The notes under the pieces are model-generated. The model was not told the DNA's origin, did no database searches, and saw only the letters and a list, made by a program, of their open reading frames with translations. The position numbers and the translations under genes are program-made. A stretch of DNA of 63,162 nt, the filler included, from Octopus bimaculoides (taxonomy: Eukaryota), in assembly GCF_001194135.2 (NCBI RefSeq). It is 4 parts of 4 records of this genome, joined end to end, with 100 filler letters (N's around TTAATTAATTAA, not from the genome) between each part and the next. Parts side by side here need not be neighbours in the genome. Positions count along the whole stretch, not along the records: positions 48,359 to 63,162 come from NC_068986.1; 3 more parts are not named here. One strand, written 5' to 3'. Within the stretch, counting starts at the first letter, position 1; the number at the start of each line of letters is the position of its first letter. Shown piece after piece: positions 52,346 to 63,162 of the stretch.

Positions 52346-52364
52346 TACCTATATATATATATAT

Positions 52365-52530
52365 GTAGTTGAAATTTACAGAAACAGAAGAAGACAGGTG
52401 TATAAACAAGAAACTAATTTAACGCTCAGGACGGTGAGAACGTCTTTTAGGTTTCGAGCCTACGCTCTTCGACAGAAAGGAACACGTGGAAATAAACAGA
52501 GGGAGAATAACTATGCTTTTGGAGCTAGCG
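52365..52530 (-). mobile_element. Probable Penelope-like terminal-repeat fragment of a second family, carrying a hammerhead-like fold
   Basis: Minus strand CTTT-CTGTCGA-A-GAGC(gtag)GCTC-GAAA-CCTA-AAAG at 52479-52444, inside a non-microsatellite island. No ORF remnant is seen. Confidence 0.5.
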
Positions 52531-52567
52531 GTCAATATATACGCGCGCGCGTGCATTCGCACACACA

Positions 52568-52606
<39 letters not shown>

Positions 52607-52917
52607 ACCCACACACACACACACACGCACGCACACACACACATTGATACATATATGAAAAATAATTTACTTTCAGTCATTGGAAAGTAACAATGCACGG
52701 CCCGCCTTGAAAATTGTACTTTATTGCATCGATCGCAGATCTAATCTTCTGAAACCTTGTATTTAAGCGTTCGGTCTCGTTTCAGAAACACTAGGTTGTA
52801 AGAACAGAAGCGAAACGATCTTCAAGCATTTTTTTCTGGACAAATAAATATACAAAGTCACGCATATCGAAACGTGTATATTCGTGTGTTTGTGAATAAC
52901 AGTGTGTTTGTGAATAA

Positions 52918-52963
<46 letters not shown>

Positions 52964-53893
52964 GTGTAACTTCAATTATGTGAAGCACATGTCTTATCTC
53001 TTCGATTTGTGGGCATAACTATGAATAATGAACACTCATTTTCTGCCGGATTATGTTAAAGGTCTAGTATGACATTCCATCCCCGTGTATTTCTATTAGC
53101 ATGTTGTGTAATCAGATAATATCCGAGCAGTGATGTTATCAATATTATCAGTTTGAATATTTACAGATTTATCTCATACCAACTGGATTCTATTTTCACA
53201 TTGAGATTTAAATTATGATTAAATTTTATACAAATCCAATTTATTTTGAGCAGAAAGACGTTATTCTTAACATTGTTACAAATAATATCATAAAGTAATA
53301 GCATAGATAAAGATGGAATATCTATACAAAACTTTACATTATGTTGGGAAGTAAATATTTTAATTTCTTTAAACATTATTATTGTGACGGAACTGCTAAG
53401 AGAATAAAATATTAAATTACATGCTAAAGTATTGAGTTTTGGAAATAGACGGTCAACTGCATACTTAATAATGAATCAAACAATATGTGCATGCACGTTG
53501 ATAAATGCAAGTGTAGATACATACAGACACATGCACACACACAGACACACACACATATATTGTTTTAAGTATATGTATGATTTGGGTGAACGTATATGTG
53601 TATGTATATCAGTAAGTAAGGGTGTGTGTGTGAGTATGTGTGTAAACTGCCTAAGAGACTGGTGATGATATTTGTAGGGATGAGTTCTATGATTAAGAAA
53701 AATGACAAAATACAATGACGATACCCTGCTTTTCGTACTGAGTCCACATTCTAGATTAGGATGGCCCGCGAGAAATGACAACTGTGTTTTAAATATATAT
53801 GTATGTGTAATTGTACACACATATACACACATATCTGCGTGTGTCTGCGTTTGTGCGTTTATGTTTTTGCGTGTGTTTGCGTGGGGTGGGGGT

Positions 53894-54005
53894 GGAAGTA
53901 CATGCTTTAGTAGTTAAGATGTTGCACGAACATCAGATTGAGGTTTCGATTCCTGGAGCGACTAATGCGTTATCGTTTTGAGCAAACCATTTCATTTCAG
54001 TATAT
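53894..54005 (+). mobile_element. Degenerate SINE family C-like head
   Basis: TGCTTTAGTAGTTAAGATGTTGC..GAGGTTTCGATTCCTGGA..GTTTTGAGCAAACCATTTCATTTCA shows A and B boxes plus the family C 3' motif. Confidence 0.6.
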
Positions 54006-57000
54006 AGAAACATGAGAAGGAGGAGCAGTAAATACCATGGTTGCTCCTTCACGAGAAGACATAGACTCCTTCAAAAAGCGGTGCAGCTTCCTAGGTCAGA
54101 CCAACAGTAGTATTATTCCCTTCAGGGGACTGTCGCATTAAGTTGACAGTGTATAACTACTTCATCATATCAATACTCCATAAATCTCTCTGAGAGATTT
54201 AGAAATGCACTATTTCTAAAAATCTCCTGTTGTATTGAGTCCTGTATATATATACGATAGTAAGCACAGAACATATGTGTGTGCGTTTGTGTGCGTATAT
54301 ATATATGTGTGTGATTGCGTGTGTGTGTGTGTGTGTGTGTGTCTGTATGTGTGGGTGTGTGTGTGTGTATGTGTGTGTGTGTGTGTGAGTGTGTGTGTGT
54401 AACAAGATTCAGTTTCGTAAGAATGCTGAGGCATCTAGTTGTGTCGGAATGAAATGCGTACACTACAATTGTAGATGAATACCAACCTTAATACAGAAGT
54501 ACTGGCAGAATGATATTTCTGTAATGTATACGCTAAGTGGACCCAACTGAGTATATAATCTGCACATGAGCTATTCAAACATTTACATTTTATTAAATAT
54601 AAAATCAACAATATACTTTGAAATACGCGAGGAGCATGTTCTAACATAGGCGAATAACAATAAATAAATAACAACTGATAGACAATTGTCAAATCATTAC
54701 AGCCGTTTCTCACCAAATTTTTATTGGATTGAGGAGTACATTATATCATTATAAAAAAACGTTTCCGTCAGATTAATACAGAACGTTTACAATAAAGGAC
54801 ATTTAAGATAATCTAAAATCCACGGCACATACATATTTACTGATTCTACAACTGCATATTATTGAATTCACTTTTACACATATTATAAATCTAATCTGCC
54901 ATACGTTTATCGTTTACGATCAGAAAGATATATATGAAATCTATATTTCTCTGTCATGGAGAAGAAAACGATATCGTCTAATGTTCGGGTTCTCAGGTAT
55001 GATCTGTATGATTTTGACAGCATATTTGTAACAAGGGGTATATTTCGTACATGCTCCAAATGTTTCTATCGTTATTTTTCTCTCACAAATATTAATTATC
55101 CTTTCTACTTAGTTAGCAGAATGTTGGTCTCACTTCTTGGAATATTACAATTGCATACAGTTGGATACTTGCGTACATAACATCTAAATATTTACCGAGA
55201 TGCCCATGTCTTTTGGTAATGAAGTTAATGAATAAAAGGCACTATATATATTTGTTAACAGTTAAATCACTAATTTTATATTGTCGATATATATTTCATA
55301 ATGTACACATTCTCACATAAGCTCATTCTACAAGAATTTGCGCACAATAAATTGATGTCTACTTAGCGCATCTCGTTGAATAATTATCCTGTGGTATTTA
55401 AACAAAATTTGACATTTATCATAGAAAAAAAACATTAACGAAATCTAATCAGACTATACTGTGACATGAATTGTTAATATCTGGTAATGGAATATGGAAA
55501 CCTCTCGAATATACTGATATCATAATGTCTTGTACGAACTCTGTAAAATGTAATACCGCCTTGTTGATAGGCATGGAAAAAAAACAGGATAAATAAAATA
55601 GATAAACATTTTGTGAGAGACATACAAAGATTGTAAAAGAGATGTTATTTTTGCAAATTATAATAGGCTCTAACTCTGTAGAGGAGTTGAAATAACTTCC
55701 TATCTTCCTAAAGTTGCATGTAATTCTGGCATATTCTATTAGATATCTCATATGTAGCACATTGACAAAAACATTTCTTTGACAGCAAACACGCTTCTTT
55801 CAATGCATAATAAATGGTTTTATTCGTTGAGCGTGCTACCAGAAGAAGTTTAGAACATTTACAGAATCATATCCCTTTTCCTCTTTTTGTTTAGTGTTTT
55901 ATACTCAAACGAAAACGACATTTTATTCCATGATTAATCATCATATGTATGCGAACTAATTTCATTGCCATTGTTATTTTTCTTGCATAATCTGAAACAT
56001 CTTTCATGGTAACAATGTATGTAGGAAAGAGTAACAAACTACAGAATTCGTAATATTAGTTCTCCATGATTTAGGTGTTGTTTGTAGGAAAACATTTTTG
56101 TATCGTACCATTTGACATGAAGATACATTAGAATGGTGAATAAAACTAGTAACATTTTGCTCGTCAGTCTTTATACTACAACTCATAAATTCATTTGTGT
56201 GCAAATAACTAAATATATTCAAAGAAGAAATAGTATAAAATAAAACTGGAAACATAAACACAAGCAAAATTATGTACGACATTGGAAATCAATAAGTTTT
56301 TCATAAACGTGTATTAAATCAATACAAATAGCAAGATAAGACTTCTACAGTTTAACTTAACTTCTGAATATGTAAATGCTTTCCCCTCATATTTTTACAT
56401 GTTTGTAAACATAAATACAATGGAATCTACCAAGTGTATATGATTAATATATTGATTTATAAAACGAAAATACAATAACACATGTTTATAATGTTGAAGA
56501 ATGGAAAATTAGTATGTTACTACCATAGTTTAGGCAGAAAGTAAATATGATATATCGCTATAAATGGCGATTGAAATTTTCACACAAACCGAATCGGAGA
56601 AGCTTTAGATCAAATACTCTAGCTTCCGTTTACAGGCAGAGCAATTCCATTAGGGATATAAAGTATTGTTCAAACTGACTACGGTGTTTCGGAGGATACA
56701 ATATGAATGTATATGCATATGAGTGAAGATACTCGGTTCCTTCTATAATATCGCTAACCACGTGTCTTACAATTACTAATGAAGTGTGTGACAATTGCAT
56801 GAGAAATTATCTTCGCTGTAGTTAACCGTAATCTTTGAAATATATGATTTTTCTCTCAAATATCCTTAATATTTTGTTTTACGTTTCATCACATTTTGCA
56901 CCAATTCTTTTGGAGCAAATGCATGGAAGTATTCTTGAGTCGAACGTCCATAAGTCATGAGGACATTTATCTGTCCCCTATTGAACGTTAAATATATGTA

Positions 57001-57335
57001 CCACATTTAATCGCCCTTTCTTAAACAATTTAATGTCACAATTTTCCTATTTAAGCCGCAAACACTTCAAAGGAAACACGAATAAAAAATATATTGATAA
57101 CGTAGATTACAAGATGCTTTGGAAATACAGTTTTTTTAATGAAGAATTTTGAATGCCATAAATTTTATTTACGTCTTTCAAATTCTCCTCTATTTTTTGG
57201 GGGGTTTATTTCAGCAAGATATATGTACCTGAATATTTTTCAGAAATTTTACACCATATAATATATAAGAGAAAATACAAAAAGACACACACGCGCTCGC
57301 ATGAACATATGTATATGTGAATTCTCCCTTATATA

Positions 57336-57368
<33 letters not shown>

Positions 57369-57392
57369 NNNNNNNNNNNNNNNNNNNNNNNN

Positions 57393-57453
<61 letters not shown>

Positions 57454-57558
57454 AGATAGATAGATAGATAGAAGTGAAGATTATTTGCCAACATAACTTG
57501 GTATTTTTTTGTTTAGGACAAATGCTGGTGTAATTTAGTCCGAGGAGATATCGTCTCC

Positions 57559-57630
57559 AGCTGGCTATATGACACGATCTGTGTCCTTGTTCGAAAATAT
57601 AAGGACACAGATCGTATCGTATAGCCAGCT
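57559..57630. other. Isolated near-perfect hairpin with 30-bp arms and a 12-nt loop
   Basis: AGCTGGCTATATGACACGATCTGTGTCCTT-gttcgaaaatat-AAGGACACAGATCGTATCGTATAGCCAGCT; 28 of 30 positions are Watson-Crick pairs. Confidence 0.9.
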
Positions 57631-59905
57631 ACAGACAATCATTTCTCCTAAGCCAGGATTGCCATGTTATGTTGGCAAATAATCTTTACTCCAAATTACT
57701 GTTGCTGAATATCTAAGAGAGAAGTGAGTATACATATACATACATGTGTGTGTGTGTGGAGTATTTCTGTGTTCTTATGAAGAGGAGGAGATAGTGGGGG
57801 AGGAAAAACAACATGGAAAAGCCATTGCCCTCTCTGAATTAATATATTTCAGGTATGCACAACTGAGGTTACCTCTTGTGTTGTTATTTACAGTTCATGT
57901 ATTATGAGGCATTCTACCGAACTTTACGTTCCTGCGACAGTGTGAACAAATTCAGAAACAAAATGTGTAGGTCATCATAATTTATTGAATCGTTAATTGT
58001 AGCACGCGTAAGTTCTGGTAATCATTGTTAAATTTTGCGACGAATAAATATTGGCTGAATTCTTAACAGCTATAATTTCTTCATCTGCATAAGGAAGACA
58101 TGTAGAATCTGGATAAATATCAATGTTTGAAAATATAGATATCGGAAAGATCCTAGCGGTCATAGAGTAGAAGGCCGGAAATTACCGATGATTCCCAGAG
58201 AAATTCGGAAAGTCATTAGTTAAGTAAAAATGAACTGTTGTCCATAGAGGTGCAGTTCCTGCACAAGCAATATCATATGTGTAACATTTTTGGAGTATAT
58301 TGTATGAATGATAAATTAATAGCGACTAAATGTTCGATAGCGAAGTGATATATTTGCATATAGTTCTGTTTGCGTTTATACATTTTACCAACACCTTCAA
58401 TTTACAGTGCATATTTCAGATACGATATTTAAGTTTTTAATTACAAACATACATACTGTTCTTTTGCAATTTATATTTCAAAAGCTGGTCAACAAATACG
58501 TTCTTTATTAATTTATTTCCCTGACGCATGTTGCAAAATTCAATTGATAAACTCAAGCACGTTTATTTTTTTAAGACTGGCATTCGTTTTATAGATCTAG
58601 GTTTCGTGTATTACAATGTCACAAGAATATAAGCAAACTCAAATAATGTTTGGGAACGTTTTGAAGTGATATACAGAATGAGGAAGAAATTCAAGCGCAA
58701 TGCTAAACCCGCACACATACACAGGTCTCTTTGTTTAAACATACACATATTCAACTTAATTGTGTGGCGTATTTATATATACGTTGTAATTAAGTTAGTG
58801 ATGATAGAAGGAAATGAACACTATATAAAATAGTATATAATAGCGTAGAATAGGAATGAATTACATTGTAAATACATACATCTTTCTCACAGTAACATTG
58901 CATATATCTAAATTATTAAATATGTGGAAATATATACATATACATATATATATACATATATATANNNNNNNNNNNNNNNNNNNNNNNNNNNNNNNNNNNN
59001 NNNNNNNNNNNNNNNNNNNNNNNNNNNNNNNNNNNNNNNNNNNNNNNNNNNNNNNNNNNNNNNNNNNNNNNNNNNNNNNNNNNNNNNNNNNNNNNNNNNN
59101 NNNNNNNNATATATATATGCATGTATATATACACGTATATATAGATAGATAGATATATATATTTATGAATATGTGTGTGCCTGTGTGTGCATGCGCGTAT
59201 ATACGAAGAGATGAATGAGGGAAAATGGATTGAACATACTTTATTCGCTATCATTTGTCACTGGAATTGTTTCCACACAAACGACATCCGTAGCACATTG
59301 GTTTGTTGATATACTGAACATACTGCTTAATCTCTATTATAAGTCATGGGCGTATAATGTGGTTCTTCATGTGCTAATGTTGAGTGCCCGTCGTTAGATC
59401 AGAGAATCAGCTCATTCTATGGAACAATGAATAATCAAAGAAAGTAGCCTTTTCAGCAATTTGCAGAAAAATCTAAATCCATGATTAAAATGGCAGACCA
59501 AACGAATCCATAAGCAAAATACAAAATACTAAAACAAAGAAAGAAAGAGAAAAAAATAAACAAGTCCCGCTTACAATAAAACACCATTCTGTCTACTCGA
59601 GTAGATTCTTTAGAAGAGAAAGGAAATCAAGAGAAAGTACGAAACAAACGATTTAGAAATAATAATGTGATAAATTGATAAGGACTGATTATTTCCTCTG
59701 CTTGTCACGATCTAATAGAAATTGACCTAAACCATAGTATGTCATTATATAAGGTTAATTTGTGAATGTCTATCCTTAATGTATTGTTTTAAAGTCATTT
59801 AGAAAAAAAAGTAGTGGTTAAACTCTCCCTTTACATACATATTTTTCATATACCCACAAACAAGGTAGTGTATATAGTTTTATATATATATATATTTTCA
59901 TTTAT

Positions 59906-60209
59906 GCGCCCTTTTAAAGCCTATCCAGGCTCATGGGTCCGGTTTCCCGGTTTCTATGACATATGTGTTCCGCCCACCTGGATGGGACGCAAGTCCATCG
60001 CAGCTTTACTCAAGAAATAGGAAGAAAGTGGGAAAGAAATTTGGAGTGAAAGAGTACAAAAGGAGTCACCACCACACTCTGTCAGAGCCTCATGGAGCCT
60101 TAGGTGTCTTCGCTTAATAAACACACACAACACCTGGCCTGTCTGGGAATCGAAACCCAGATCTTCTGATCGCGAGTACGCTGCCCTAACCACTGGCCCA
60201 TTGCACCTC
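59906..60209 (-). mobile_element. tRNA-derived SINE family F head and body fused to the 3' tail of another SINE family
   Basis: Head GAGGTGCAATGGGCCAGTGGTTAGGGCAGCG..GGTTTCGATTCCCAGAC has A and B boxes. Near 60010 the sequence switches to a segment ending CGATGGACTTGCGTCCCATCCAGG..GGAAACCGGACCCATGAGCCTGGATAGGCTTTAAAAGGGCGC. The family boundary is assigned from recall. Confidence 0.7.
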
Positions 60210-60816
60210 TACAGTTTTATATATAGACACGTATATATATATATCTTTATATACGCACAGATCCATACTTCTTATTTCCATTCTTGCCATTATGATGTTT
60301 ATATTAAATGTTGAATTTACATTCATTTGTTAAATTCTACGATTATGGCCAACGGAAATGTACTAGAATTTTGAGAGATAAGAATTATTTTGTATTGGTC
60401 TAGATTTTTTTAAGTAGAACAGTACTTATCTATCGCCCTACATCTCCAGTTACCTAATAATATATGGAAGTTTAATAATAAATATATATATTTTTTTCTC
60501 TGTCTGTGACATTAACAGTTCATATTAATAGTTCACACTAAATACTGCAGCGCATGGATACACACATCTGCATTTACATAGTGGAAAGTAGAAAATTTCG
60601 CAGTGGAGAAGTTCTTCAAAAGGATTCAGTAGAAATACAGAGAAATAAATACAATATAACAAAATAAGCAGATTGCATGACTAGAAACTTAAATATTATT
60701 TGTTTTTACCAAACAGCAAAATTGAAATTTTAACATTCTGGTTGCATTTAGCAACTATCTTGGAGTGCCTATTCACAAGTTTATCTATACCGTATGCAGC
60801 ATAATATGCTCAACTG

Positions 60817-61014
60817 TTACTCTTTTACTCTTTTACTTGTTTCAGTCATTTGACTGCGGCCATGCTGGAGCACCGCCTTTATTCTTTGGAAGCCTAGTAC
60901 TTATTCTATCGGTCTCTTTTGCCGAACCGCTAAGTTACGGGGACGTAAACACACCAGCATCGGTTGTCAAGCGATGCTGGGGGGACAAACACAGACACAC
61001 AAACATATGCACGC

Positions 61015-61070
<56 letters not shown>

Positions 61071-61230
61071 GACGGGCTTCTTTCAGTTTCTGTCTACCAA
61101 ATTCACTCACAAGGCTTTGGTCGGCCCGAGGCTATAGTAGAAGACACTTGCCCAAGGTGCCACGCAGTGGGAATGAACCCGGAACCATGTGGTTGGTAAG
61201 CAAGCTACTTACCACACAGCCACACCTGTG
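60817..61230 (-). mobile_element. SINE family A, complete and apparently young copy
   Basis: tRNA-like head (GGTGTGGCTGTGTGGTAAG..GGTTCCGGGTTCATTCCCACTGCGTGGC), internal (TA)(TATG)n tract, tail, and terminal (TAAAAGAG)n repeats. Confidence 0.95.
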
Positions 61231-61870
61231 CCTGTTGTTTATACTATTGACATTGATAGGACAAAACAAAATTAGACTTCAGCTGAATCTGACGTCGGAG
61301 AGTAAAGAGTGGTATGCAATCCTAATTATAACTTCGTTCAGCAAGTTCATTTATTTCAAAATTTGCCACAAGGCATTCGGTTTTAAATGTCACAACTATA
61401 TAACTGATATTATCGTTGGTAAATATATCAAATAGATTATTTAACACCAATATGACTTGTGCTATATGTATATTAAAATCTAATATTAGATACCTTCCTC
61501 TTGGAAAACTTCCTTAACCCTAACCCAAAATAAAATTGAAGTAATTTAGTGAGGAGAGAGATGGAGGAGCGTTTCTGCAAATTTACGAATGCTTGGTAAG
61601 AGTATAAATAACGTAAAGCAAGAATTTGGCTGCAGAATTTCCCATGGCTTGTCCCAATGTAACCCATTTGGTTGCCTCCTCATGACTAGATAGCTATTTC
61701 ATGTTATTAGATTACTGTTTACTAGTTGACCTATTCACTATTTACTAGTTCTAGTGTATTTTATAGTTTCGTAAGTGCTTCATAATTTATCACAAGTGAT
61801 AAAAAAGAGAATTATTATTACTGTTGATATCATTAATGTCATTGCTAACGTTTGTTTTTTTTGTTATAAC

Positions 61871-62353
<483 letters not shown>

Positions 62354-62922
62354 ATTATTATTATTACCGGTACTGTTTTTATTTCTGCTGAAGTTGCTGC
62401 TACTAATGTTATGAATATTTAGGTGTTACTGTTTATTATTATTACAATTATATTTCCTTTCACTGCTGTGTTTCGTCAATTATATTACTTCTTCGAATGA
62501 TCTACACTATTTTTATTAATGGTGTAATATTTACGCTATTTGTGTTTAAGTTTGAAATGTTAGATAACTTGCAATTATATCGAAACAATGTGTTATAAGA
62601 AATACACACTTAGTATAAACGGTTTGTTCCCGTAGGCATACTAGCGTGTCGTATAGCATTATCACCGTTCAATTCATGCTCCATATATATGGTACAGCTG
62701 TATGCGATTTTTTCATTATTGAATGTACAGCGGCCATTGATAAATGCCTCCTTTATACTTCATGAATATCATTATATGCATGCGAAAAAATGTAAATGAT
62801 CTATATCGTCATTCTCTGTTGGTCTTTCAGCATGTGAATTTACTGTCTCTATTATAGAATGGGGAAATTTTATGAGATCATCAACACAACCCACACATCG
62901 ATACAAAGACACACACACACAC

Positions 62923-62972
<50 letters not shown>

Positions 62973-63162
62973 AAACATACATGTTCGTATATTTGCGTGT
63001 GAATATATATTATATATTTCTTGTATAAATGCATATCAACATTCACATGCATATACATGCATAAGTATATGCATATACACATAATCATTTATATGTGTGA
63101 CTCTGCGTGTGCATATATATATATACACATAGTCACACACACACACATATATATACGGATAT

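Noticed and set aside
54700-58700. Unique AT-rich region with short ORFs (55449-55760, 56004-56282) and splice-like sites
   Set aside because: No homology I can recognise and no consistent exon chain. A host gene can be neither supported nor excluded.

Overview
This is a eukaryotic, AT-rich window dense in microsatellites and transposable elements (TEs), with many assembly gaps. The SINE and microsatellite landscape looks like an octopus (coleoid cephalopod) draft assembly; this is an inference, not a database match. I found no host protein-coding gene I can support, and most of the ORF track is translated microsatellite or N-runs. Recognisable content: a full-length, decayed pogo-like DNA transposon (7828-10561; 25-bp TIRs, TA TSD, C-terminal PHD finger); three internally deleted Tc1/mariner elements; two copies of a MITE; several R4/Dong-clade LINE fragments, one flanked by (TAA)n on both sides; a CR1/Jockey-like fragment; and dozens of tRNA-derived SINE copies from several families. 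The most interesting locus is 16892-17657. There a 5'-truncated Penelope-like retroelement with a 7-bp TSD (CCAATAG) has split a DD41D mariner transposase at its catalytic motif. Its terminal repeat occurs in two inverted copies and couples a tRNA-like Pol III promoter (A and B boxes) to a minimal hammerhead ribozyme with a palindromic helix III. A second, different hammerhead-like fold sits at 52444-52479, and an unexplained 30-bp-arm hairpin sits at 57559-57630.
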